64,000 bases of DNA from an uncultured Alphaproteobacteria bacterium (lineage in GTDB: Bacteria; Pseudomonadota; Alphaproteobacteria; HIMB59; GCA-002718135). A program made the position numbers and the translations under genes. The DNA lies in the NCBI GenBank assembly GCA_902612825.1, contig CACMET010000007.1, forward strand, positions 2,609 to 66,608. Direction: 5' to 3'. This document shows, piece after piece, positions 20,452 to 31,262 of this stretch (position 1 is the first letter of the stretch; each line of letters starts with the position of its first letter). The notes beneath the pieces were generated by a model, which ran no database searches, had not been told where the DNA came from, and was given only the letters and a program-made list of their open reading frames with translations.

Positions 20452-21222
20452 ATGAACGAAATCGCAACTTATCCATCACTAAAAGATAGAGTAGTGCTTA
20501 TTACAGGGGGCGCCTCAGGAATTGGGGAAAGTATTGTCGAGCAATTTGCTTCTCAAAAATCAAAAGTTGCATTTTTAGATATAAATGATGAATTAGGTAA
20601 TGAATTATCAAAAAAAATTAAAAACAAATATGATATTGATAGTCTATTTGTAAAATGTGATTTAAAAAATATAGAACAACTTAAAAGTTCATTAGAAAAA
20701 GTAAAAAAAGAAATTGGGCCAATTTCAATTCTGGTAAATAATGCAGCAAATGATGAGAGACATGATTTAGATAGTGTCACCCCTGAATATTGGGATGATA
20801 GAATGAATATTAATTTGAGACATTATTTTTTTGCAACTCAAGCTGTCTATAAAGACATGAAAGATTTAGGCAAAGGTTCTGTTGTAAATATAGGAAGTTT
20901 TTCATGGATGATTTCTCAAGGCGGTATGCCTGGATATACAACTGCAAAATCTGCTATTATGGGTTTAACAAGAACTTTAGCAAGAGATTTAGGTGTCTAT
21001 AACATCAGAGTAAATTGTATTGTTCCTGGCTGGATCATTACGGAGAGGCAAAAAAAATTATGGCTTACTCCAGAAATTAAAAAAACTCAACTTGAGAGAC
21101 AATGTATTAAGAGAATGCTTATGCCTGAAGATATATCAAAGCCAGTTTTGTTTTTTGCATCTGATCAAAGTTCTGGTTGTACCGCACAAAATTACGTAAT
21201 TGATGGTGGCATAGTTAATTAA
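20452..21222 (+). CDS. SDR sugar dehydrogenase (D-xylose 1-dehydrogenase-like)
   Basis: YPSL..RVVLITGGASGIG, NNAANDERH, INLRHYFF and YTTAK motifs. Confidence 0.8.
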   Translation: MNEIATYPSLKDRVVLITGGASGIGESIVEQFASQKSKVAFLDINDELGNELSKKIKNKYDIDSLFVKCDLKNIEQLKSSLEKVKKEIGPISILVNNAANDERHDLDSVTPEYWDDRMNINLRHYFFATQAVYKDMKDLGKGSVVNIGSFSWMISQGGMPGYTTAKSAIMGLTRTLARDLGVYNIRVNCIVPGWIITERQKKLWLTPEIKKTQLERQCIKRMLMPEDISKPVLFFASDQSSGCTAQNYVIDGGIVN

Positions 21223-22409
21223 TGAAAAAAAAATCCAAAATTGCTTTTGGTAGATTAGACTTACTTAGAAATGATACTTTAAATAATAAAAATAAAATTA
21301 GAATTGGTTTTATTGGTGGAGGTCCTAATTCATTTATTGGATACACACATAGGTTATCAGCAAGATTTGATAATAAATTTTTATTTGTTGCTGGAATATT
21401 TTCAAAAGATAAAAAAAAATCTAAATCTTTTGGTTCTTCATTAGGATTAGCTGATGATCGTTGTTACAGTGATTATAAGTCTATGGCATTCGCTGAGTCA
21501 AAAAGAAAAGATGGCATTCAAGCGCTTGGAATAATGACTCCATCGGGTGATCATTATAAGATAGCAAAAGCATTTATTGAAAAAGGAATACATATTATTT
21601 GTGACAAGCCTTTAACCGCAACAGTTGAGGATGCTGTTAAATTAAAAAAAGTAATTCAAAAAAATAAAATTGTATTTGCATTAACACACAATTATTCAAG
21701 CTATCCAATGCTACGAGAGGCAAAAAATATTATTTCAAATCATAAATTAGGAAAAATCAATTTAATAAATGTTGAGTACCCCCAAGGTTATACAGTCGGA
21801 GTAAAAAAGAAAGATGAAAAAAGAATATTAAAATGGAGACTAGATAAAAAACAATCTGGGCCCTCAATGATATTATCTGAAATTGGAACTCACGCGTATC
21901 ATTTGTTGAGATATGTGACTGGATTAGAAGCAAATGAAATATCAGCAGAAGTAAATTCATTATCCTCAGAAATTTCAGTTGACGATAATGCTTTTGTATT
22001 ATTAAGAATGCGAAATAAGGCAAGAGGTATAATCTGGGTATCGTCTGCTGCTACTGGTGGAGAAAATGGTCTAAAAATTAGAGTGTATGGAACAAAAGGT
22101 TCAATAGAATGGTTACAGGATGATCCAAATAATCTAAAGTTTACAGAACTAGATAAACCAATGAAAGTTATAACAAGAGCAAGTAAATTAGTATCTAAAT
22201 TTTCACTATCATCTTCAAGAATTGCTGCTGGTCACCCAGAAGGTTTCTTTGAAGCTTTTGCAAATATTTATTCAGAATTTGCTGATCAGATTCATAATAA
22301 AAATAAAAAATATTCATTTCCAACAATTGATGATGGTGTCGCTGGTATTAAATTTATTTATGCAGCAAAAAAATCTTCTAATTTAAATTCAAAGTGGATA
22401 AAAATCTAA
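21222..22409 (+). CDS. Gfo/Idh/MocA oxidoreductase
   Basis: GFIGGG..FIG..H, CDKP, IGTH and GHPEGF.EAFAN motifs. Confidence 0.85.
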   Translation: MKKKSKIAFGRLDLLRNDTLNNKNKIRIGFIGGGPNSFIGYTHRLSARFDNKFLFVAGIFSKDKKKSKSFGSSLGLADDRCYSDYKSMAFAESKRKDGIQALGIMTPSGDHYKIAKAFIEKGIHIICDKPLTATVEDAVKLKKVIQKNKIVFALTHNYSSYPMLREAKNIISNHKLGKINLINVEYPQGYTVGVKKKDEKRILKWRLDKKQSGPSMILSEIGTHAYHLLRYVTGLEANEISAEVNSLSSEISVDDNAFVLLRMRNKARGIIWVSSAATGGENGLKIRVYGTKGSIEWLQDDPNNLKFTELDKPMKVITRASKLVSKFSLSSSRIAAGHPEGFFEAFANIYSEFADQIHNKNKKYSFPTIDDGVAGIKFIYAAKKSSNLNSKWIKI

Positions 22410-22410
22410 A

Positions 22411-23412
22411 ATGATTAATTTTACCTTATTAGGAACAGGAAGAATTGGGAAATTACATGCGTCAATAATAAATGATCATCCAGAAGCGAGCCTCAAATAT
22501 GTTTATGACATTGATACAAGCTCTGCTAAAAAAATTGCAAAAAAATATAGTTGTGAAATTGCAAAGACTGAAAAGGAAGCAATTTCTTCAGATCAAATAA
22601 ATGCTATTTTAATTGCTTCTGCCACACCGACTCATACAGATTATATTTCTCTAGGAGCAGAATGTAATAAAGCTATATTATGTGAAAAGCCAATTGATTT
22701 AGATATAAATAAAGTAAATAAATGTTGGCAAAAAATTAAAAAATATAAACCAACTATACAAATTGGTTTTAATCGTAGATTTGATCCTAATCATAATAAA
22801 GTACAAAGTGAGGTTCTATCAGGAAAGATTGGTAAAATTGAAATGATTGTAATCACAAGTAGAGATCCTTCTCCACCTGGTATTGATTATTTAAAACAAT
22901 CGGGTGGAATTTTTAGAGATTGTTCAATTCATGATTTTGATTTGGCACGATTTATTCTTAATAATGATCCAATTGTAGAAGTTTTTGCACAAGGTTCTGT
23001 AAATGTCTCAAATGATTTTAAGGTTACCAATGATTATGACACAACTATGTGTTTTATGAAATCAAAAAAAGGTGTTTTAGTTCATATAAATAATTCAAGA
23101 AGAGCCGTCTATGGTTATGATCAAAGACTCGAAGTATTTGGAAGTAATGGAATGTTAATTTCTGATAATGTTCCAAATAATGATATCAATTACTATAATC
23201 AAAATTTATCATTTGCAAAAAAACCTATTAAAAATTTTTTTATTGAAAGATACAAAGATGCTTATCAAATACAATTAGATCAATTTATTAAATCAATAAA
23301 AAATAAAAAAAATATATCAGTCACTTTTGAGGATGGAAAGAATGCTTTAATTCTTGCTAATTCAGCTACTAAATCAGCAAAATTAAATAAAGTTGTAAAA
23401 CCAAAATTTTAG
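22411..23412 (+). CDS. iolG: myo-Inositol 2-dehydrogenase
   Basis: G.GRIG, CEKPID, GFNRRFD, TSRDP, SGGIFRD..IHDFD and YGYDQRLE motifs. Confidence 0.82.
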   Translation: MINFTLLGTGRIGKLHASIINDHPEASLKYVYDIDTSSAKKIAKKYSCEIAKTEKEAISSDQINAILIASATPTHTDYISLGAECNKAILCEKPIDLDINKVNKCWQKIKKYKPTIQIGFNRRFDPNHNKVQSEVLSGKIGKIEMIVITSRDPSPPGIDYLKQSGGIFRDCSIHDFDLARFILNNDPIVEVFAQGSVNVSNDFKVTNDYDTTMCFMKSKKGVLVHINNSRRAVYGYDQRLEVFGSNGMLISDNVPNNDINYYNQNLSFAKKPIKNFFIERYKDAYQIQLDQFIKSIKNKKNISVTFEDGKNALILANSATKSAKLNKVVKPKF

Positions 23413-23427
23413 TTATAGATAAATTCT

Positions 23428-24258
23428 ATGAATGAACAATTTAAAGATAAGGTCATTATAGTTACAGGTAGTACACAAGGTAGTGGTGCTGAAACAGCGA
23501 GATTATTAGCTAGCAGAGGTGCTAAAGCAATTACAATTTGTGGGAGACAAGAAAATAAAGGTCTTGAAGTTAAAAATCAGATTGAAAAATTAGGTACTGA
23601 GTGTTTGTATATAAAAGCAGACCTTAAAAATGTTGATGATTGCAAAAAAATTGTTTTAGAGACTGATAAAAAATTTGGAACAATAAATTCTTTAATTAAT
23701 GTTGCAGGATACACAGAAAGAGGAACAATTCTAAGTGCTACTCTAGAAAATTATGAAAATAATTATAATATTAATACCCGTGCACCTTTCATATTAATGC
23801 AAGAGACAATTAAAATAATGATTAGAGATAAGAACAAAGGAACAATTGCAAATGTATTATCTATGGCAATGTATAGTGGTATGCCATTTATTGTTGCTTA
23901 TAGTGGTTCAAAAGCTGCTTTAGCTACAATGACAAAAAATATTGCAAATTCTGTCGCTAGTTATCAAATAAGAGTAAATGCCTTAAATATTGGATGGACA
24001 GACACTCCTGCTGAACATGATATTCAAACAAGAGTTCATAAAAAAAATCCTAATTGGTTGCAAGATGAAGAAAAAAAAGTTCCTTTTAACAGATTGATTA
24101 AGCCTATCGATGTAGCAAAGGGATTAGCTTTTATGTGCTCAGAAGAATCTGGATTAATGACAGGTAGTGTAATTGATTTTGATCAAACAGTACATGGCTG
24201 GCACTCTTACTCAGCATATGAAACTAGAGTTTTGGATGATTCTCTACTAGGAGAATAA
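23428..24258 (+). CDS. SDR oxidoreductase
   Basis: TGSTQG, YSGSK, NIGW and GSVIDFDQ motifs. Confidence 0.85.
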   Translation: MNEQFKDKVIIVTGSTQGSGAETARLLASRGAKAITICGRQENKGLEVKNQIEKLGTECLYIKADLKNVDDCKKIVLETDKKFGTINSLINVAGYTERGTILSATLENYENNYNINTRAPFILMQETIKIMIRDKNKGTIANVLSMAMYSGMPFIVAYSGSKAALATMTKNIANSVASYQIRVNALNIGWTDTPAEHDIQTRVHKKNPNWLQDEEKKVPFNRLIKPIDVAKGLAFMCSEESGLMTGSVIDFDQTVHGWHSYSAYETRVLDDSLLGE

Positions 24259-24344
24259 TTAATCACTTATTTCTCAACCATTTTTTAATTTTTAACTATA
24301 ATTTATAATTTACACAAATTTAAATATTAATTAATAAACCAAAA

Positions 24345-25421
24345 ATGGGAAAAAAAATAATTTCTATTAATAAAGGAAAATTATCAGAGTTTAAACTTCA
24401 TAGTATTTGGCTTCGTGAAAGATTAAATGGGAGTGAATTTGTAGACCAAAATAATTTACAACGTTTATATGAACCAAGCCTTTTAGATGATAATCTATTT
24501 ATAAATTCTCATAATGTTAACGAAAATATATTAAATGTTGAATTTAGTGATGGAGCAAAAGGATCTTTTAATATCGATGATCTTTATAATGAAATCAATA
24601 ATATTGATGTCATACCTGAAAAAAAAATATGGAATGTCAGTGAACAAAATTTGGAAATTTTTGATAATAATAAAATCTTTGAGAATAAAAAGGAACTTAT
24701 CAATATGCTTAAAGTATTTTATCAATATGGTTATGTAATAATTGAAAATACAAAAGCAGAAGAAGATGAAGTTATAAATTTCGCTGAAAAATTAGGCCCA
24801 GTTCGAGCAACAAATTTTGGAAAATTATTTAACGTTGTCTCAAAACCAAATCCAAATGATCTTGCCTATACTGCATTAGAGTTAACTTCGCATTCAGATA
24901 ACCCATATAGAAAGCCCGTTCCTGGAATTCAATTACTTCATTGTATTGCTAATGAATCTACAGGAGGAGACTCAAGTTTAGTTGATGGTTTTAGTGTTGC
25001 AAACTTTTTAAAACATAACCAACCTGAATTTTATAAAGTATTAACTGAAACTAATGTTACTTTTAAATTTACAGATATTGATACTATTTTAGTTGATGAA
25101 GCAAAATTAATTGAACTAGACCATAATAATAACTTTAGACAAATACGATTTAGTGGAAGACTTGATTATGTCCCATTATTAGAGGAAAATAATCTTGATC
25201 TCTTTTATAATGCTAGAAAATATATGTTCAAACTTTGTAACTCTGATGATTTCAAAATTAAATTTAGATTAAATAAAGGAATGATTGCAATGTTTGATAA
25301 CCTGAGATTATTACATGGAAGAACTAAATTTGATCCAAATACTGGTTTTAGACATCTACAAGGATGTTATATTGATCATGATGTCACTGAGGGTAAGCTT
25401 AGAAGGTTATTAAAACCCTAA
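24345..25421 (+). CDS. TauD/TfdA Fe(II)/2OG dioxygenase, gamma-butyrobetaine hydroxylase-like
   Basis: IWLRE, DLAYT, HSDNPY, QLLHC, FDNLRLLHGR and RHLQGCY motifs. Confidence 0.82.
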   Translation: MGKKIISINKGKLSEFKLHSIWLRERLNGSEFVDQNNLQRLYEPSLLDDNLFINSHNVNENILNVEFSDGAKGSFNIDDLYNEINNIDVIPEKKIWNVSEQNLEIFDNNKIFENKKELINMLKVFYQYGYVIIENTKAEEDEVINFAEKLGPVRATNFGKLFNVVSKPNPNDLAYTALELTSHSDNPYRKPVPGIQLLHCIANESTGGDSSLVDGFSVANFLKHNQPEFYKVLTETNVTFKFTDIDTILVDEAKLIELDHNNNFRQIRFSGRLDYVPLLEENNLDLFYNARKYMFKLCNSDDFKIKFRLNKGMIAMFDNLRLLHGRTKFDPNTGFRHLQGCYIDHDVTEGKLRRLLKP

Positions 25422-26485
25422 TTGACTTCGAAGATCTTTTCAGCAGGATAAAAATTTAATATTTTACTATACCAATTACTAAAATTATTTCTTTCAATTA
25501 ATGAAACTGTAAAACCACCAAATCCACCACCAGTCAATCTGGCGCCTAGAGCACCACATTCAACTGATCTCTGAACAATTAAATCAACATCTAAAGTAGA
25601 TGCTTCAAAATCTTTAGAATATGATACGTGACTTTCATTCATTAATTCTCCAAACTCATGAATATTATTTTCTATTAAATTTTTTTTCGCATTAATCACT
25701 CTATCATTTTCAAAAACTACATGCTTTGCTCTTTTTGCTATAGTATTATTCTCAAATTTATTTGTTTGAAAATTTTCTTTTTTAACTTCACCTAAATATT
25801 CTACACCAAGTTTTTTTTCAGCCTCTTGGAGTTCAGCAAATCTTTCATTATAAGAGCTATCTCTTAAATTTCGTTGTACTTCAGAGTCAATCAAACAAAA
25901 TTTCCAATTTTCTGGAAAATTAATGAGTTCGTATTCTAAATTCTTACAATTCATAAAAAATGCTTTGCCATGAATACCAATAGAAGAAACCATTTGATCC
26001 ATTATTCCACCAGAAACATCTATATAGTTGAATTCTACTTTCTTTGCTAATTTTGCAATTTCTGGATCTTTGATTTTTGTTTCAAAAAAAGTATTAAGTG
26101 CTTTTAGTGTAGCAACACACAATGCTGAAGATGATGAAATACCTCTTTCTAAAGGTATATCAGATGAAATAAAAATGTTTAAAAATCTAGATGAAATCTT
26201 ATTTTCATCAAAAAAAATCTGCAAACAACCTTTTATATAATCAACCCACTCATTGTTGGTTGATTTTTTGAAATCATTGAATGTTTTTTTTTCTTTAAAA
26301 TGTTGAGAATAAACTATGAATTCATTAGAATTATTTTGAGATATCTCAATGGTATTTTTAAAAGATAAAAGTGTAGGCATGACATATCCACCAGTATAAT
26401 CGGTATGTTCGCCGATTAAATTTACTCTTGCGTGAGCACTTTCCTTTACTTCTGCGTCTATATTAAATATATCTTTAAAACTCAT
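25418..26485 (-). CDS. galK: Galactokinase (GHMP kinase)
   Basis: RVNLIGEHTDY, G.SSSSA, GIMDQ and GARLTGGGFGG motifs. Confidence 0.85.
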   Translation of the reverse strand: MSFKDIFNIDAEVKESAHARVNLIGEHTDYTGGYVMPTLLSFKNTIEISQNNSNEFIVYSQHFKEKKTFNDFKKSTNNEWVDYIKGCLQIFFDENKISSRFLNIFISSDIPLERGISSSSALCVATLKALNTFFETKIKDPEIAKLAKKVEFNYIDVSGGIMDQMVSSIGIHGKAFFMNCKNLEYELINFPENWKFCLIDSEVQRNLRDSSYNERFAELQEAEKKLGVEYLGEVKKENFQTNKFENNTIAKRAKHVVFENDRVINAKKNLIENNIHEFGELMNESHVSYSKDFEASTLDVDLIVQRSVECGALGARLTGGGFGGFTVSLIERNNFSNWYSKILNFYPAEKIFEVN

Positions 26486-26498
26486 AAAATTACTAGTT

Positions 26499-28361
26499 AT
26501 GACTAATCAAATTAATATATCTTTTACAAATGAAAATAAATTAAAAATTATTCTTCATGATAAATTAGTAGATTCAAATTTGAAACTGTGTTTCTCATTA
26601 ATTTATTCAATAAAATCTATATCAGGAGGGGAAATAACTAAGCAAATTGGACGTTATTACGAGTTATCTATAAAAAAAAATACAATTTTATTAGATTTAC
26701 AAATTCCTAAAATTGGTAACTTCAACCTTTCGTGTGGTCCGGAAGGTATTTTCATTATTGATACATTAAACAATAGTAAATTAAATATAAATGTTTCAGA
26801 TTTGATATTTGAAAAACCAATTAAAAAGAAAACTTATGAAGATTTAAAAACAAAAAATTTTACACCTATTATTCCTGAGCCAGAAAAAATTCATTTACAA
26901 AATGAATTTATAAATATTGAAAATAAAACATTTAATCTAAATACAGAAATTGAAATTATTTCTAATTTGCAAAATATTATTTCCAAATTGGATTTTAATT
27001 TTACTTCTGAAAAAGGATTTCCAATTTTTTTTAAAAAAGATGATCACTTATTAAACGATCAATATTTTATGCAGATAACAAAAGATAATATTGAGATTAA
27101 ATACAATACTTATGGTGGAAAGCTATATGGTCTTATATCTTTAGTTCATTTAATTGATTTCTATCAAACAAAGCTTCCAATTTGTACAATTCACGATAAT
27201 CCAAAATATCAATGGAGAGGAATGCATCTCGATTGTGCAAGACAATTCTATACTATTGATGAAATCAAACGTTTATTTAATTACATGGCATTATTTAAGC
27301 TTAATAGATTTCATTGGCATTTAACAGATAACGAAGCGTGGAGAATTGAAATTAAAAAATATCCAGATCTAGCATTAAATGGGGGATACAGAGGATATAA
27401 TTTTAAAATACCACCATTGTACGGAAGTGGTTATGATAAATACGGCGGATATTACTCACAGGAAGATATCAAAGATTTAATTATATATGCAAAAAAATTA
27501 AATATCGAAATTATGCCTGAAATTGATTTACCAGCACATTCTTGGGCATTACTAGAAATTATGCCAGAACTTAGAGAACAGTCTTCAAATATAGTTAGTG
27601 AAGATGTTGGTTCGTATAAGAATAATACAATAAATCCTTCCTTAGAAAAAACTATAACTTTTTTAAAAGATATGTTGAATGAAGTAAGTGATATTTTCTC
27701 ATATGATGTAATTCATGTTGGCGTTGATGAAAGACCAAGTAATGCCTGGGAAGGTTCTCCAGCAATTATCGAGTTTATGAAAAAAAATAATATTAAATCA
27801 CAAGAGGAATATCAAGATTACTATATGAATTTTTTAATAGATTTTCTAAAATCAAAAAATAAAAGAACAGCTGCATGGAATGAGGCGGCAGTGTCTCCTC
27901 ATATCGATCATGGTGTGGGTGGAAGTGCTGGAAAAATTGATAAATCATGTTTGATCTTTTCATGGGAGCATTCAGATGTTGCAAAAGAAACTACAAATAA
28001 GGGATTTGAAACAATACTTTGTCCCGGTCAAAAAACATATTTTGATATGGCTTATAATAATTCAACTGAAGAAAGAGGTATTTGTTGGGCTGCAACTATA
28101 GAAGTAAAAGATATTTATGAATGGGACCCAATAAAAGATTTAAATAAATCAGAATTGATAAAAGGGTTACAAGGTCAACTGTGGTCAGAGACAATTACAG
28201 ATAAAAAATTTTTTGATCAAATGATAAACCCAAGATTAGCAACTTTATCAGAAGTTGCATGGAAAGGAAAAATTTCAAGAAAATGGATAGAATTTCGTTC
28301 AGCACTTCTACATTCTATGGATTTTTTAAAAAAATTAGGCTGGCGATATCACAATTTTTAA
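26499..28361 (+). CDS. GH20 beta-N-acetylhexosaminidase
   Basis: WRGMHLDCAR, FHWHLTDNE, PEID.PAH, catalytic HVGVDE and LWSE motifs; no evident signal peptide. Confidence 0.9.
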   Translation: MTNQINISFTNENKLKIILHDKLVDSNLKLCFSLIYSIKSISGGEITKQIGRYYELSIKKNTILLDLQIPKIGNFNLSCGPEGIFIIDTLNNSKLNINVSDLIFEKPIKKKTYEDLKTKNFTPIIPEPEKIHLQNEFINIENKTFNLNTEIEIISNLQNIISKLDFNFTSEKGFPIFFKKDDHLLNDQYFMQITKDNIEIKYNTYGGKLYGLISLVHLIDFYQTKLPICTIHDNPKYQWRGMHLDCARQFYTIDEIKRLFNYMALFKLNRFHWHLTDNEAWRIEIKKYPDLALNGGYRGYNFKIPPLYGSGYDKYGGYYSQEDIKDLIIYAKKLNIEIMPEIDLPAHSWALLEIMPELREQSSNIVSEDVGSYKNNTINPSLEKTITFLKDMLNEVSDIFSYDVIHVGVDERPSNAWEGSPAIIEFMKKNNIKSQEEYQDYYMNFLIDFLKSKNKRTAAWNEAAVSPHIDHGVGGSAGKIDKSCLIFSWEHSDVAKETTNKGFETILCPGQKTYFDMAYNNSTEERGICWAATIEVKDIYEWDPIKDLNKSELIKGLQGQLWSETITDKKFFDQMINPRLATLSEVAWKGKISRKWIEFRSALLHSMDFLKKLGWRYHNF

Positions 28362-28379
28362 TGTTAAAGTAAAATAAAT

Positions 28380-29525
28380 ATGAAAATAGGCGCAGTCGGT
28401 TTTGGGAGTAGGACAGCAGGTGTTTATAATGAATTTTCAAAAGTTAATCCAAATTTTGAAATGGTTGCTTATGTAGATCCTCAGCCAATAGGTAAAGATT
28501 TTGCTGAGAAAAATAATTTTTTTCCAAATAAATCATATTCAAGTTTAAACGAAATGTTGGATCGAGAGAAACTAGATATGTTAATGATTGGGTCCCCCAA
28601 TCATTTACATTTAGATCATATTAAGCTTGGATTAAGAGCAGGATTACAAATATTTGCTGAGAAACCTATAGTAATAAGCGAACAAGAAACTTTTGAGTTA
28701 GCAAAATTAATAAAAGAATATGGCAAAGAAAGAATTATTGTTGGCTTAGTTTTAAGATATTCACAGCAAGCAAGATCTGTGAGAAAATTATTAGATCAAA
28801 ATGCTATTGGAAATATAATATCGATTGAAGCTTCAGAACATATCGTACCTTCGCACGGTGCTTTTTTTATGAGAAACTGGAGAAGAAAACAAAAATATTC
28901 TGGAGGCTTTATGCTGGAAAAATGTTGTCATGACATTGACTTTTATTCAATGATTACGAAGAGCAGACCTATTAAAGTTGCTAGTTTTGGTTCAAGAAGA
29001 TCTTTTATACCCGAAAATCTTCCAGAGGGTTCTCATGAACAATATACAAAAGACAGGTTAAAAGGTTGGGAGTCAAAATCAAATGTTTTTGATAGTGATG
29101 CTGATATTGTCGATCATCAAGTAGCAATAATAGAATATGCAAATAAAGCAGTACTATCTTTTCATACTAATATGAAAGTTCCAGACGAATTTCGAAGATT
29201 TGCAGTCATAGGATCTGCGGGAATGATTGAGGGAGATTTTGTTAAAGGATTTATGAAAGCTCATGATGAAAATAATAATGTACTTATTGATGAAGATTAT
29301 GGAGCAGCTTTTGGAAAAGAAATTAAAGGTCATTATGGCGCAGATAGCATGATGGCTCAAGACATTAACAATTATTTATTAAAAAATAATAAAGAATTAC
29401 CAGTCGGTGTAATAGAATGTATGGAGGCAGGAATTGTTGCTATGAAAATTGATGAAGCTAGAAATACTGGTAAAGTAATTGACTTAACAAGCACTTGGGA
29501 TAAATTCGACTCCCTATTAAATTAG
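28380..29525 (+). CDS. Gfo/Idh/MocA oxidoreductase
   Basis: GSPNHLH, AEKP, GLVLRY, LEKCCHD and GHYGAD motifs. Confidence 0.85.
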   Translation: MKIGAVGFGSRTAGVYNEFSKVNPNFEMVAYVDPQPIGKDFAEKNNFFPNKSYSSLNEMLDREKLDMLMIGSPNHLHLDHIKLGLRAGLQIFAEKPIVISEQETFELAKLIKEYGKERIIVGLVLRYSQQARSVRKLLDQNAIGNIISIEASEHIVPSHGAFFMRNWRRKQKYSGGFMLEKCCHDIDFYSMITKSRPIKVASFGSRRSFIPENLPEGSHEQYTKDRLKGWESKSNVFDSDADIVDHQVAIIEYANKAVLSFHTNMKVPDEFRRFAVIGSAGMIEGDFVKGFMKAHDENNNVLIDEDYGAAFGKEIKGHYGADSMMAQDINNYLLKNNKELPVGVIECMEAGIVAMKIDEARNTGKVIDLTSTWDKFDSLLN

Positions 29526-29530
29526 TAATT

Positions 29531-30430
29531 ATGAATCAAAAATTAAAATCATATACCGCCCAAACATATATAGCATATGCACTAATTGCTCCTGCTGCTA
29601 TTTATATAATTCTTATTGTTGCTTGGCCATTATTAGAAACAATTAGATTATCTTTTACAAATTCTAGTTTAGCAGGAGAAGATTATGTTGGTTTAGAAAA
29701 TTATCAAAAAATGTTTTCTAGTAAAAAATTTAATGGAATAGTGACCAGAACATTTGTTTGGATGTTTTTTTCAGTCTCTTTAAAACTTATCATTGGTTTA
29801 ATTGGAGCTGTTTTACTTAATGCTAATTTAAAAGGAAGATCAATTTTCAGAGTGCTTGTAATGCCTCCATGGGTAGTTCCAATTGCAATTGGTATGCTTG
29901 GCTGGTTATGGTTATATAACGGGTATTTTGGAATTATCGCAGGTGTAGGTATGCGAACTGGTATTTTGGACGGTCCTTTTGGATTTCTTGCTTACAAACA
30001 AAGTGCCTTTATTTCTACAATCATTGCCGATGTTTGGGTTGGAACACCAATGGTAACCGTTTTCTTTCTAGCTGCAATGCAGGGTGTGCCAAGAGATTTA
30101 TATGAAGCTGCTTATTGTGATGGCGCTTCAAGATGGGATAGATTTTTTAAAATCACATTACCTCAAATCACTCCTGTCATTATTACAATGTCATTACTAT
30201 CTGCTATTTGGACATTCAACTCATTTGAAATAATTTGGATATTGACTGAAGGTGGGCCAAGAGGTTCAACAACTACATTAATTATCGACACCTATAAACA
30301 AGCATTAGGCAATTATAAATTTGGAAGAGGTGCTGCTAGAGCCGTAGTCGTAATGATTTTACTAATGTTATTTGCAGGATTTTACTTAGCTTTACTTGCT
30401 AGAATTAATAAGAAAATTTCTCATGAATAA
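29531..30430 (+). CDS. Carbohydrate ABC permease (MalF-type)
   Basis: LYEAAYCDGA EAA loop and TEGGP. Confidence 0.88.
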   Translation: MNQKLKSYTAQTYIAYALIAPAAIYIILIVAWPLLETIRLSFTNSSLAGEDYVGLENYQKMFSSKKFNGIVTRTFVWMFFSVSLKLIIGLIGAVLLNANLKGRSIFRVLVMPPWVVPIAIGMLGWLWLYNGYFGIIAGVGMRTGILDGPFGFLAYKQSAFISTIIADVWVGTPMVTVFFLAAMQGVPRDLYEAAYCDGASRWDRFFKITLPQITPVIITMSLLSAIWTFNSFEIIWILTEGGPRGSTTTLIIDTYKQALGNYKFGRGAARAVVVMILLMLFAGFYLALLARINKKISHE

Positions 30431-31262
30431 ATATAATCCTTTTGAAAAAATATTGATCTATTTTGGCATCTTTGTCTTCATGACTTTTATTCTTTTGCCT
30501 TTTATTGAAATGTTTTATGCATCGCTTCGTCCCTTAGATCATTTATTTAGATCTCCATACCAATTTTATTCAGATGATTTATCTTTTTGGGCTTATCAAG
30601 AAATGTGGAATACGGTACCAATGCTTGGAAGATATATCTTTAATAGTTTTTTTCTGGCTTCCTGTGTTGCTATACTAACTCTTATATTTGTTATTCCTGC
30701 AGCCTACGCATACGCACGTTTTAAATTTCCAGCTAAGAATACGAGCTTATACATACTCTTAGCAATTAATATGTTTTCAGGAGCAGTAATTTTAATACCT
30801 TTATACAAATTGTTAAGGACTTTAGGTTTATTAAATAGTTATCAATCTATGATAATTCCTGGTGTTGCTTTTTTAATACCAACTGCAATTTGGTTGCTAA
30901 AATCTTACTTTGAGAAAATACCAATAGATTTAGAAGAGGCAGCTTTTGTAGATGGGGCTTCAAGAGTACAAATACTCAGACATATCATAGCTCCTTTGAG
31001 TACACCTGGCTTAGTTGTAGTTGGTATTTATGCATTCATAGGCGCATATGCTCAACAATTCTTATTTGCGATTACGTTTAATCAGAAAAAAGAATATATG
31101 CCAATTCCAACAGGGTTATATGAATTTATAGGATATCAAAGCGTTAAATGGAATGAAATGATGGCAGCAGCCTTAGTAGGGATGTTACCAGTTTTATTAT
31201 TATTTGTATTTTTACAAAAGTATATTGTAGAGGGGCTTACTGCTGGTGCGGTAAAAAACTAA
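30423..31262 (+). CDS. Carbohydrate ABC permease (MalG-type), copy 1
   Basis: LEEAAFVDGA and QKYIVEGLTAGAVK motifs; ATG at 30423. Confidence 0.88.
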   Translation: MNKYNPFEKILIYFGIFVFMTFILLPFIEMFYASLRPLDHLFRSPYQFYSDDLSFWAYQEMWNTVPMLGRYIFNSFFLASCVAILTLIFVIPAAYAYARFKFPAKNTSLYILLAINMFSGAVILIPLYKLLRTLGLLNSYQSMIIPGVAFLIPTAIWLLKSYFEKIPIDLEEAAFVDGASRVQILRHIIAPLSTPGLVVVGIYAFIGAYAQQFLFAITFNQKKEYMPIPTGLYEFIGYQSVKWNEMMAAALVGMLPVLLLFVFLQKYIVEGLTAGAVKN

